Origin: an uncultured Gammaproteobacteria bacterium
GTDB lineage: Bacteria; Patescibacteriota; Patescibacteriia; Magasanikbacterales; UBA922
Assembly: GCA_964597575.1 (NCBI GenBank)
Contig: CAZQXB010000001.1
Span: 778,892-842,891 of the forward strand
Reading direction: 5' to 3'
DNA length: 64,000 bases
Positions 9,165 through 18,209 of this stretch are shown one piece after another. Made by a program: the position numbers and the translations under genes. Position 1 is the first letter of the stretch, and the number at the start of each line of letters is the position of its first letter. The notes beneath the pieces were generated by a model. It did no database searches. It was not told where the DNA came from and was given only the letters and a program-made list of their open reading frames with translations.

Positions 9165-11003
9165 TTAGCGTTCTTGAAGAACACCACCATCAAAAAACGA
9201 AGGAAGAGCTACAAGAGGGTCAATATTTTTCTGTGTTCGTACGCTCCCTTCTACCGCCGAACGATACTTTGGTTTAACCGAGAAACGTGTCTGATGATTC
9301 CCGAGCAAAAACTGCTCACTCGTGGATCGACCGAGAGAGGTGAAAAATCCTGACGGAGCTCGGTGAGCATAGGAATTGGTGCCGAGTTGAACCAGAGAGC
9401 CATGAGGGTAGTGGTAACTATCCTTAGGTAGTTTTGACAACTTACCCCCGGTTGTTGGTGAGCGTCCCGCCATAATGTCCCTTCCATCGCTCACTCCATT
9501 TCCATTGGTATCAGCGCGCATGGGGTTGGTGAGCCAATACACCACCTCTTCATAGTCTGAGACAGCATCATTATCACTGTCCGTTCGCGCATCGCTTGAT
9601 CCGTACTCTTGTTCACTTTCTGCATCGAGCCCATCGCCATCAAAATCTTTCGCCCCAGGAACCGTACTTCCGGTTGAAATGATGGTATAGGCGGTTCGTT
9701 CTGTTCCAGAGAGCTCCACCAAACGGCCTGGCCAACCCGCACCATAAAGAAGATTTGCTTCTGTTTCTGAACGCAAATGCCTCAAGGTACAGCCATACTC
9801 CACAGCAAAGACCCGTGCATCACCACGAAATTTGACAAGCCAGGTGCCTGGGCGAATACAAACAGGGGCTCCAATACCATAACGGTCAATTTCTCCCGAA
9901 GAGACACTTGCAAGCGAAGCATCTGAAGGAAACCATGACTCAAACACCTTCTGTGACATAGGATGAAGCGCGCGATCACGCCCAAAATAAAGCACCTGCC
10001 CTCGTGCATCTTTTACAACCACGCCGGGTGTTAAGGTTCCGGCCTGGGGCTGTGGCCGAAGCGTTGCAACACTTGGTTTATAGGTAATGGTCTGACGAAC
10101 AGTAGAGGTAGTTTTATCACGGTCGTAGAACTCAACATACACCGTATGAATTCCTGACCGATTTTCCAAAGTCCACGGCATTGCCTGTCGGGGTGTGCGC
10201 CATACTCCGTCGTTTAAGGTGGAAGTATTACTTACCCGAAATGACTGAATATCGGACGGATACGAAAAGAGAAGATTGACCTGCGGCACCTTCGTTTCTT
10301 TCGCACCATTATTAATGGTGAACGTAGGCTTCTTGACCGCCCGATCGACTACCTCAATGGAATCCTGAAAAATATTACTTTGTTTATACTCCCCCGTGTT
10401 CCGATCAATTTCAGTATATTCAAATTGTGCGTATATGGTTTTTCGTCCGAGTCCATTATCAAGCCGGTGGCGAAGCGTGGCGATTGGTTTTCTCCACGCC
10501 ACAGTATCCATAGGAAGGCTATTCGACACACGCATGCGGCGAATATTTTTAGGAATTCCAATTTCCACAGACACCAAACTACTGCTCGTCTCGTCATCTC
10601 CGCCTTCAATAATAAGATATCCCTCTTGGTTCAAGTAATAGATAATGGTATCGGAATAAATCGCACTATCGACATAATTCCGATTACGAAATTCCACATA
10701 AACGGTTTTTCTTCCCGAACCCTCAGACAAATACCAGTTTTTTAACTCCGGACGAAACACACGCCAGTCGGCCCCAGCTACTTCATCGCGACTATTTCCA
10801 ATACGCATATGCGTCGTAGTGGTCGGTGCCTTAAACGTAAGCGTAACAAAACGATCGCTCGTTGAGCGAACATTTTTATTTATCACAACACTTGGTTTAA
10901 TAACCGTAGCTGCTTCAGTGAAGCTAAACCACAAAATTCCAGGGATAGCCAAAACCGCGACAAACAGAAGGAGTTGAAATTGCCTGGTAAACCTGGTATA
11001 CAT
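9165..11003 (-). CDS. Secreted hypothetical protein with Ig-like tandem domains and thrombospondin type 3-like Ca-binding repeats
   Basis: 612 aa with a signal/TM N-terminus and three roughly 95-aa repeats (KTVYVEF, KTIYAQFE, HTVYVEF). The C-terminus has DxDxDG motifs (DFDGDGLD, DSDNDAVSD, DTNGNGVSD). Confidence 0.6.
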   Translation of the reverse strand: MYTRFTRQFQLLLFVAVLAIPGILWFSFTEAATVIKPSVVINKNVRSTSDRFVTLTFKAPTTTTHMRIGNSRDEVAGADWRVFRPELKNWYLSEGSGRKTVYVEFRNRNYVDSAIYSDTIIYYLNQEGYLIIEGGDDETSSSLVSVEIGIPKNIRRMRVSNSLPMDTVAWRKPIATLRHRLDNGLGRKTIYAQFEYTEIDRNTGEYKQSNIFQDSIEVVDRAVKKPTFTINNGAKETKVPQVNLLFSYPSDIQSFRVSNTSTLNDGVWRTPRQAMPWTLENRSGIHTVYVEFYDRDKTTSTVRQTITYKPSVATLRPQPQAGTLTPGVVVKDARGQVLYFGRDRALHPMSQKVFESWFPSDASLASVSSGEIDRYGIGAPVCIRPGTWLVKFRGDARVFAVEYGCTLRHLRSETEANLLYGAGWPGRLVELSGTERTAYTIISTGSTVPGAKDFDGDGLDAESEQEYGSSDARTDSDNDAVSDYEEVVYWLTNPMRADTNGNGVSDGRDIMAGRSPTTGGKLSKLPKDSYHYPHGSLVQLGTNSYAHRAPSGFFTSLGRSTSEQFLLGNHQTRFSVKPKYRSAVEGSVRTQKNIDPLVALPSFFDGGVLQER

Positions 11004-11014
11004 ACAGGATAGAA

Positions 11015-12436
11015 TTGAATAGTCGTAGTATACGAAATTTTCTTATTCTTCGCAACGGTATGATGGCTTTCCGCATAAAACAACTCATTTTACTTACCGG
11101 GGACCTCGCCCTTATGTACGCGGGCCTCTGGGGAGGGCTCGGTTTACGCACACTGTCTATCCCCTCAGCTGACCTTTGGGGTCGGCACGTTCCTATCTTT
11201 ACCCTCACTTTTTTGTGCTGGGTTGTAATCAATTACATTAATGGACTCTACGACGCCACCCGCACCTACCCCATACGTCGTTTCGCCGAAACCGGCATCA
11301 TGGCCCTCATGACTGGGGTCATCTTTTTCTACTTATTTGGAGAAGCAGGATTCTCGCCAAAAACCATTCTTCTTATTGCAGCCACCCTTACCTACATCGG
11401 TATTGGATTTTGGCATATTCAGTTTGGAAAAGCCCAAGGCAACATTCGCCTGCAGACAAAAATTGCCTTTGCTGGCTTAACCGAGGAGGCCGTTGGACTT
11501 ATCTCCATCCTCCAAAAGGAGCCTGAAAGGGGATATCGCATTGAAGCCATTTTTGATGCCGACCCAAAAGACTTCCCAACCCTCGCTTCTAGTACTTCTT
11601 TGCCTTTTTACAAGAAAGAAAAAATGAAGGAAATTTTTACGGAAAAAGGAATTAGTACTGTTATTTTGGTACCGCTCAATCAAAATGCTGAAGTGATGCC
11701 AGCACTTTACCCTGTTCTCTTCTCTGATGTCTCAGTAAAAACGCTTTCAGATTTCTATGAAGAAATTACCGGACGTATTCCCCACTCTCTTTTTTCTGAA
11801 GAGTCATTTTTAAGCAACCTCAAACGAGAAAGAAACCCCCTCTACCGCCATATTCGTCGCACAGTCGACTTACTCGCGGTGCTTCTTATCGGCAGCGTCT
11901 TTTTGATTCTCTTCCCCTTCATTGCCATTCTTATCAAGGTGAGTTCCCCAGGCCCTCTCTTTTTTAAACAAAAACGTACCGGCGAATACGGGCAGATATT
12001 TTGGATGCACAAACTTCGCTCGATGTATGCGCTTTCGCCAGACGGAAGTGCTGAACTTCATGGTTTTGAATTTGCGAAAAAGGAAGATAAACGAGTAACA
12101 CCCATTGGGAAATGGCTTCGCCGCATGCGCATTGATGAGTTGCCACAATTATGGAATTTGGTGCGCGGAGATATTACGCTCATTGGCCCACGACCAGAGC
12201 GACCTGAGATTGTCGCAGAGCTTGAAGCCCGCATGCCATACTATGCACTTCGAAACATGGTTAAACCGGGGTTGACCGGTTGGGCTGTACTTCATCAAGA
12301 TTATACCGACACCATTGAACGCTCTCTTGAAAAACTGCAGTACGATTTATACTATATAAAAAACCGTTCACTCTTACTTGACATGGCGATTCTTCTCAAA
12401 ACCATTGATAAAATTATCCGCATGAAGGGGCAGTAA
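11015..12436 (+). CDS. Polyprenyl-phosphate sugar phosphotransferase (bacterial sugar transferase, WbaP/PssY family)
   Basis: 473 aa with multi-TM segments and the conserved C-terminal catalytic domain (KLRSM, DELPQLWNLVRGDITLIGPRPERP). The true start may be the internal Met at about 11063. Confidence 0.8.
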   Translation: MNSRSIRNFLILRNGMMAFRIKQLILLTGDLALMYAGLWGGLGLRTLSIPSADLWGRHVPIFTLTFLCWVVINYINGLYDATRTYPIRRFAETGIMALMTGVIFFYLFGEAGFSPKTILLIAATLTYIGIGFWHIQFGKAQGNIRLQTKIAFAGLTEEAVGLISILQKEPERGYRIEAIFDADPKDFPTLASSTSLPFYKKEKMKEIFTEKGISTVILVPLNQNAEVMPALYPVLFSDVSVKTLSDFYEEITGRIPHSLFSEESFLSNLKRERNPLYRHIRRTVDLLAVLLIGSVFLILFPFIAILIKVSSPGPLFFKQKRTGEYGQIFWMHKLRSMYALSPDGSAELHGFEFAKKEDKRVTPIGKWLRRMRIDELPQLWNLVRGDITLIGPRPERPEIVAELEARMPYYALRNMVKPGLTGWAVLHQDYTDTIERSLEKLQYDLYYIKNRSLLLDMAILLKTIDKIIRMKGQ

Positions 12437-12484
12437 GGGGTGATTGATAAATAAAATTTTGACCAAAGATGCCATAGGCAGGCC

Positions 12485-12513
12485 TTGATTTTTTCTCTAG
12501 AAGATGCTATTCT
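12485..12513 (+). promoter_or_regulatory. Candidate sigma70 promoter for lipoprotein gene A
   Basis: TTGATT, a 17-nt spacer, then TATTCT. A GGAGG Shine-Dalgarno lies 8 nt before the ATG at 12575. Confidence 0.35.
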
Positions 12514-12574
12514 TTTTTTGCTTCCCTATGGTAGATCCAACGTGATCGCTTAGGCTAAAGCGGAGGTTAAACGA

Positions 12575-13147
12575 ATGATTGCAAAGTGTCTGGGAAAGTA
12601 CATGGTCCTACCTCACGTCCTCCTGGCGTTCACTCTGATCTTCGCCGCTGCATGCGGCGGGCAGGAGATGGAGGAAGAGGCTTACGGTGAGACCGCCTCG
12701 CCGTCCTACGCCACCGACTGTGCTGGACAGCCGCCCGGCGCGATCGTGGCGGTGACCGCCGTCCAGAAGCAGTACAGGTACGTCAGCACGAACGCACACG
12801 CGTTCACTGTGAACGCGACCAGCCCCTACGGCTGGTTCACGTTCAACAACCGGTCCACGTTCTTCGGGCAGCAAGTGTACTCGGCAATCGTCATACCGGC
12901 TCAGTTTCACTACGCCAACTACGCGCTCCCTTCCTACCCGGGAGTAGTATGGCTACTCCCTTCGTCCGGTACTTTGCCGCCGGGAACCCAGCTTTGGTGG
13001 CACACTGAAGTTCCAGGAGCCATGGGATCAACCTTGCTCGATCTAGATGAGGTGGGGCAGAGCCCGCAAGTCCTCAGATATAGCGCGAGGGACACGAGTC
13101 ACACGCAGGTAGGAAACGTGACTCTTAGCTACGTCTGCGGAAACTAG
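12575..13147 (+). CDS. Hypothetical lipoprotein (GC-rich, no recognisable family)
   Basis: 190 aa with a signal peptide ending at a lipobox-like AAAC. Codon third positions are strongly GC-biased, unlike neighbouring genes. Two further Cys residues are present. Confidence 0.6.
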   Translation: MIAKCLGKYMVLPHVLLAFTLIFAAACGGQEMEEEAYGETASPSYATDCAGQPPGAIVAVTAVQKQYRYVSTNAHAFTVNATSPYGWFTFNNRSTFFGQQVYSAIVIPAQFHYANYALPSYPGVVWLLPSSGTLPPGTQLWWHTEVPGAMGSTLLDLDEVGQSPQVLRYSARDTSHTQVGNVTLSYVCGN

Positions 13148-13261
13148 GCTCTGCCACATAACGGCGCCTCCTCCCCCCTCACGTTTCACCAGTTGCCGTA
13201 TACAGTTGTAGCCAGTTCGTTCATTGTCGAACAACCCGCTCCTGTTCAAAAACTGGTTCCC

Positions 13262-13292
13262 AAAAAAAGAGCTTTTACGGAGGCTCTTTTTT
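13262..13292 (+). terminator. Putative rho-independent terminator after lipoprotein gene A
   Basis: Hairpin aaagagc-ttttacggag-gctcttt followed by a T-run. Confidence 0.4.
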
Positions 13293-13416
13293 GGTACATA
13301 CATTTTCGAAAACCCGACTGCTCGCTAAAAAAGGAGAAACACTAAACTACCTATAAAAACCACCATTATGAATTGTAAAAATCGCTTAATCTAGCTGTTT
13401 TTTATGAATAACCTAT

Positions 13417-13445
13417 TGACAAAACCACTATTTTGTGCTATAGTG
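13417..13445 (+). promoter_or_regulatory. Near-perfect sigma70 promoter (TTGACA-17-TATAGT) for lipoprotein gene B
   Basis: TTGACA at 13417-13422, a 17-nt spacer, then TATAGT at 13440-13445. A 90-nt structured leader follows. Confidence 0.6.
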
Positions 13446-13542
13446 CGCTGTTCCGAGGCCAAAAAGCTTCACATAAACGGAACTCGACTGCCTTACAGTC
13501 GACAACCTAAAACCCTGGATTCTTCCAGAGAAAGGCTCAACC

Positions 13543-14010
13543 ATGAACCTCAAGCGTATCGCTCTTTCCCTGGTCATCGCGATCGTCAGTGCCTTCATCG
13601 GGTGCGCAGCGGGCTCCCCCCAGCAGCACCACAAGGCCGAGGTGGCCGAAGAGCGACCTACCGGCGGAGGGTGGCAGACGAAGCACTTCTACTGTACCCT
13701 CATGATGGGCAACGTGTGCCCCGACATCTCGGCCCTGCACAAGCTCGACCATCTCCTCGACGAGGTGTTGAGCGAAGGAGGCTCGAGGGACGTCCACGAT
13801 GTCGCTGAGGGGATGATCGAAAAATCCACCACCCTGGACGGCGCCGAGATGCGCCTCAGCATGGTGCCCGAGGACGCCAAGACGCCCGTCGGGTGCCGAG
13901 GGGGTTGCGGATTCATCGAGCTCCGGACACTGGATGGACGGCGCTGGATCGTCACTGTCGAAGGGAGCCGGGAGATCAACGGAAACGTGATCTTCTGGCC
14001 GGAACAGTGA
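13543..14010 (+). CDS. Hypothetical lipoprotein with 4 Cys in the mature part (GC-rich, no recognisable family)
   Basis: 155 aa with a signal peptide and an IGC lipobox (AFIGC). Cysteines occur in the blocks FYCTLMMGNVCPD and GCRGGCGF. It has the same GC3-biased codon usage as gene A. A weak terminator hairpin ccccac/gtgggg plus T-run follows at about 14018-14050. Confidence 0.6.
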   Translation: MNLKRIALSLVIAIVSAFIGCAAGSPQQHHKAEVAEERPTGGGWQTKHFYCTLMMGNVCPDISALHKLDHLLDEVLSEGGSRDVHDVAEGMIEKSTTLDGAEMRLSMVPEDAKTPVGCRGGCGFIELRTLDGRRWIVTVEGSREINGNVIFWPEQ

Positions 14011-14079
14011 CACATACCCCACCACTATACAGTGCGTGGGGTAAAATTATTTTTGGAGCATATGAGCCACAAAAAATCC

Positions 14080-14994
14080 TTACACCACATTCCACAATTT
14101 TTTCATCTCAAGCACTCCCTCTTCTAAAGAAATTATCGGCTCCCAGCCTAAAAGAGTTTTTGCTTTATCATTATCGGCTTTAGTAAAACGAACATCGCCC
14201 AAACGTGGCGGTACAAACTGTGTCTCCCCACCAATTAATTTGGCCAGGGCATTTACAGAAACAGGTTGGCCATTCCCAATGTTAATACACTCCCCTTTTC
14301 CAACCGTTGTTGCTGCCATGGCCAAAACATTGGCACGGGCAATATCTGACACGTGCGTGTAATCTCGATAATATTCGCCATCGCCACAAATCGTCATGGG
14401 TTCCCCCTTCCGGCGCTGTTCTAAGAACTTTCCGATGACAAGTGCATAGGCTCCTTGTGGATCCATGTAAGGACCATACACATTAAAGTAACAGAGTGCC
14501 ACCGTTTCAAGGCCATAGAGAGATGAAAAAAGACGGCAATACTCTTGCCCTGCCAACTTTTGCAGCGCATAAGGGCTTTGTGGATCGGGCTTCATGTCTT
14601 CGGTAATCGCCACATCCCCGCGATTTCCACCATAGATAGAAGATGACGTGCTAAAAATGACCCGCTTCACTTTCGCATCCCGTGCCGCCAAAAGAACATT
14701 CAGGGTTCCGTTAACATTGTGATCGTTTGTTATAAGTGGCTGCTCTACCGAAAATGGTACGCGCGGAACTGCCGCCAGATGAAAGACACCGTCGACACCC
14801 TGAACCGCCGAAGCGACTGCGCTCAAATCTCGAATATCTCCCTCACGATACTCAACCCCTTCAATGACTCGTTCAGGAAAACGCCCTCCCAAATAATTAT
14901 CAAACACGCGTACCGCATGACCTTCTGACAAAAGTTGTTTCACCAAGTTCGTTCCGATAAATCCTGCTCCCCCAGTAACAAGATACAGTGCCAT
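14080..14994 (-). CDS. NAD-dependent UDP-sugar 4-epimerase (GalE/WbpP-like SDR)
   Basis: 304 aa with GGAGFIG, YxxxK (SPYALQK) and extended SDR epimerase architecture. Confidence 0.75.
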   Translation of the reverse strand: MALYLVTGGAGFIGTNLVKQLLSEGHAVRVFDNYLGGRFPERVIEGVEYREGDIRDLSAVASAVQGVDGVFHLAAVPRVPFSVEQPLITNDHNVNGTLNVLLAARDAKVKRVIFSTSSSIYGGNRGDVAITEDMKPDPQSPYALQKLAGQEYCRLFSSLYGLETVALCYFNVYGPYMDPQGAYALVIGKFLEQRRKGEPMTICGDGEYYRDYTHVSDIARANVLAMAATTVGKGECINIGNGQPVSVNALAKLIGGETQFVPPRLGDVRFTKADNDKAKTLLGWEPIISLEEGVLEMKKLWNVV

Positions 14995-15004
14995 AAAGAA
15001 AAAA

Positions 15005-16390
15005 TTATTCTTTGGTACCCATGTATGGTGAACCTACTGCAATAATAGAAAACCCCGCATCTCTTAACTCACTAAAACGATGCTGAAGCATACGCCTGCC
15101 ATCCATAATAAGTGGCCGCTTCTTTTCTCCGAGAAGCAGATCGCCGAGACCGCGAAACTGCGGCCAATCGGTCGCAACGATGACCACATCAGCGCCTTTC
15201 ACTGCTTCGTATTCATGCGAGGCATAGGAAATCACCGTGTCAACTGGAAATTCTTTTTGGAAACCTTCCATAGCTGCAGGGTCGTATAACTGAATACGAG
15301 CCACACCTTTTTCACGCAAAAATTGGACCATGGAAATACTTGGGGAGTTGCGAATATCATTGGTATCACGTTTAAATGCCAAACCAAGAATCGCGACCGT
15401 TTTACCGCTCCAAGAGAAATGCGCTTCTTTCTCTGCACGAGCCAAGAAAAGTTCGAGTTGGCGCTTATTCGCTAAATAGGTTTCATTCACAAGCACTGCC
15501 TCGGTTCCCGCCATTTGTAATTGATGCGACAGTGATCGTGCATCTTTAATAAAACAGCTTCCGCCCGCATATACACTGTCGTAAAAACCCCAGGTACCGA
15601 TACGAGGGTCGCTCGTCATAATGCGACGAATCGTTTCAAACTGCACATCAGGAAAGGCTTCACAGGTTCGACCAACAACATCAAAACACACCGCTAGTCG
15701 ATTGAAGAGATAAAAATTGGCTAACAGTTTTCCAGCAGCAGCTTCTTTCGGATTCACCTCCAAGTATTGAACCGTTGGTGAATCATGAAATCGTTGATAA
15801 ATTTCACGCATCACTAAAAAATCTTCCTCTCGCCATGCCCCAACCACAATACGATCGGGCTTGAGAGAGCCCGCAATCGCCTTTCCTTCAACTAAAAATT
15901 CTGGATTCGAAACCACACCCACGTGCTTTACACCGGCTTCTTCCAAAATGGCGTCGGTACGAAGCACCATATCAATCGGTACCGTACTCTTATTCACAAC
16001 CACAAGCCGCTTCGTTTGCGCTCCCCCATTTCGTTTTGTGAGTGCTTCGGCCAATTGAGCGGCCGCAGTATTGTAGTACGTCAAATTACTTTCCCCTGTT
16101 TCTCCAATTTCAGGAGTAGGCAAACACATAAACACCGCGTCACAGGTGTCTAAAAAGGAAGAAAGATCGGCGTAGTTGGTACTGAAGGTGATTCGATCTT
16201 TGTGGCGAATGAGCAAATCCGATAAGCCTTCCTCAAAAAGACACGATTCAATGGCCTCACGGTTTCCTGATCCTAATTTTTGAATTTTTCGCTCATCAAC
16301 ATCGTAAACAAACACTCGGTGCCCGCTGTCCGCTGAAACGGCCGCCGAGCACGAGCCAACAAAGCCTGCCCCGATGTAGGCGATGTTCAT
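15005..16390 (-). CDS. Nucleotide-sugar dehydrogenase (UDP-glucose 6-dehydrogenase family)
   Basis: 461 aa with an N-terminal GAGFVGS Rossmann fold and a UDPG/MGDP dehydrogenase central/C-terminal layout. Confidence 0.8.
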   Translation of the reverse strand: MNIAYIGAGFVGSCSAAVSADSGHRVFVYDVDERKIQKLGSGNREAIESCLFEEGLSDLLIRHKDRITFSTNYADLSSFLDTCDAVFMCLPTPEIGETGESNLTYYNTAAAQLAEALTKRNGGAQTKRLVVVNKSTVPIDMVLRTDAILEEAGVKHVGVVSNPEFLVEGKAIAGSLKPDRIVVGAWREEDFLVMREIYQRFHDSPTVQYLEVNPKEAAAGKLLANFYLFNRLAVCFDVVGRTCEAFPDVQFETIRRIMTSDPRIGTWGFYDSVYAGGSCFIKDARSLSHQLQMAGTEAVLVNETYLANKRQLELFLARAEKEAHFSWSGKTVAILGLAFKRDTNDIRNSPSISMVQFLREKGVARIQLYDPAAMEGFQKEFPVDTVISYASHEYEAVKGADVVIVATDWPQFRGLGDLLLGEKKRPLIMDGRRMLQHRFSELRDAGFSIIAVGSPYMGTKE

Positions 16391-17328
16391 ACTTGGGTAC
16401 GGAAGTAATCAATCGTAATCTGGAGTCCGGTTTTCAAATCAAAAGTGGGTTCCCAATCTAAGAGTTGTTTTGCTTTTGTAATATCAGGGCGGCGGCGTGT
16501 GGGGTCATCTTGAGGAATAGGGCGATACACCACTTCACTTTGTGTTTTTGTGGCCCCTCGCACCCGTTCAGCAAATTCAGTAATCGTTATTTCTTCTGGG
16601 TTTCCTAAGTTAATTGGCCCGGTAATCGCGAGTGGTGATTCCATCATCGCGATAAAACCACGGACCAGGTCGTCTACGAAACAAAAACTGCGTGTTTGGC
16701 TGCCGTCGCCAAAAACCGTCATTTGCTCGCCACGAAGCGCCTGAAGAACGAGGTTTGAAACCACTCGCCCATCGTCGAGTGCCATTTTCGGCCCATAGGT
16801 GTTAAAAATACGCACCACCTTAATCGGTACGCCAAATCCGCGATGATAATCAAAAAAGAGCGCCTCGGCACACCGCTTGCCTTCGTCATAACATGCGCGT
16901 GGACCAATACAATTCACTGATCCTCGATATTCTTCATACTGCGGATGAATTTCAGGGTCGCCATACACCTCAGATGTTGACGCCTGAAGAATCGTGGCTC
17001 CTTTTTCTTTTGCCACCTCAAGCACATGCATCACACCAACGGTATTGGTTTGAATGGTGTGGATTGGATTTTTTTGATACTGCACGGGCGACGCAGGGCA
17101 AGCCAAATTATATATTTCGTGCACTGGCTCATCGATAGAAAATTGTTCAATAATGTCGTGTTCAATGAGCACAAAGTCCGGGTGAACCAAAAGCGCCTCG
17201 ATGTTCTTCTTTGATCCTGTTGAAAAATTATCAACACAAAGAACCCGATTTCCTCTTTCCAAAAGCCGCTCACACAGATGTGAACCAATAAACCCGGCTC
17301 CACCCGTCACCAGAATTGTCTTTTTCAT
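16387..17328 (-). CDS. UDP-glucuronate decarboxylase (UDP-xylose synthase, UXS)
   Basis: 313 aa with STSEVYGDP and RACYDEGKR blocks, very close to canonical UXS. Confidence 0.85.
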   Translation of the reverse strand: MKKTILVTGGAGFIGSHLCERLLERGNRVLCVDNFSTGSKKNIEALLVHPDFVLIEHDIIEQFSIDEPVHEIYNLACPASPVQYQKNPIHTIQTNTVGVMHVLEVAKEKGATILQASTSEVYGDPEIHPQYEEYRGSVNCIGPRACYDEGKRCAEALFFDYHRGFGVPIKVVRIFNTYGPKMALDDGRVVSNLVLQALRGEQMTVFGDGSQTRSFCFVDDLVRGFIAMMESPLAITGPINLGNPEEITITEFAERVRGATKTQSEVVYRPIPQDDPTRRRPDITKAKQLLDWEPTFDLKTGLQITIDYFRTQV

Positions 17329-17339
17329 AAAAACCTCGT

Positions 17340-18203
17340 TTATTTCTTTGGTTTCACCATATTCTTACATAACGCTCGAAAGTATGCAAGCCAAATACCC
17401 ACCCAAACCAACCCCCGAAAAACCCCTGAATGGACCCCCGCGAAGTGTTTATCGTAGTAGAGCCACATCGCATGGTAGAAGTTTCGAATCGACCGGACCC
17501 GACTCTTTTTACTGCTCTGCCCGCCTAAATGGGTAATAACGGACGTATGTACGTAGTGAATAGGAAATCCGGCATCAAGCACCCTTTTACATAAATCCAA
17601 GTCTTCTCCATACATGAAAAAACGCTCATCAAAACCCCCGACAGCGTGATAGACCTCTCGTCGAAAAAGCATGGCTGCCCCGGAAATAGCCTCAACCACA
17701 CCTGAAACATCGGGTGATTCCGCCTCCCCTTTATAGGCGTTCAGTCGTTTTGAACCCGGAAATAACTTGCCGATCCCAGATAAGTAGAAAAAAGAATTGA
17801 TTGGATTGGGCAACCGGCGCCGACACGCATGTTGAAATGACCCATCGCTATTCAACAGCTTAGGCCCAACCATTCCAACTTCAGCATGTTCCGAAAGATA
17901 CTGAACTAATACATCGACTGCTCCTTCATGGGTGATCGTATCGCTGTTTAATAAAAAAAGAAAATTTCCTGTAGCTCGTTTCAGTCCAATATTATTCGCT
18001 TTTCCAAATCCTAAATTAGCTTCATTCACGATAAGCACCACGTCCGGAAATTCTGCTTTGACCATCTCCACACTTCCGTCGGCCGAGGCATTATCGACCA
18101 CAATCACCTCAAGCTGTACGCGGGTTGCCTGAAAAAGTGAGGCGAGAGTTTGCCGAAGTAAATCTTTGGTGTTCCAATTCACGATAATTACAGAAGTACG
18201 CAT
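17340..18203 (-). CDS. Glycosyltransferase family 2
   Basis: 287 aa with VIIVNWNT, VVDNASADGS and DxD motifs. It shares a near-identical 109-bp tract with the GT2 at 19213-20097. Confidence 0.8.
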   Translation of the reverse strand: MRTSVIIVNWNTKDLLRQTLASLFQATRVQLEVIVVDNASADGSVEMVKAEFPDVVLIVNEANLGFGKANNIGLKRATGNFLFLLNSDTITHEGAVDVLVQYLSEHAEVGMVGPKLLNSDGSFQHACRRRLPNPINSFFYLSGIGKLFPGSKRLNAYKGEAESPDVSGVVEAISGAAMLFRREVYHAVGGFDERFFMYGEDLDLCKRVLDAGFPIHYVHTSVITHLGGQSSKKSRVRSIRNFYHAMWLYYDKHFAGVHSGVFRGLVWVGIWLAYFRALCKNMVKPKK

Positions 18204-18209
18204 AGTGGA

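Noticed and set aside
11004-11062. Divergent promoter region between 9165-11003 and the sugar transferase gene
   Set aside because: Only 11 nt separate the annotated starts. The true start of the + gene is probably an internal Met at about 11063, but no convincing -35/-10 pair could be assigned.
12608-14025. Long antisense ORFs (12608-12910, 13537-14025, 13689-14015, 13428-13634) overlapping the two lipoprotein genes
   Set aside because: These are typical spurious open frames on the opposite strand of GC-rich coding sequence. They have no Shine-Dalgarno or promoter and are fully embedded in better-supported + strand genes.
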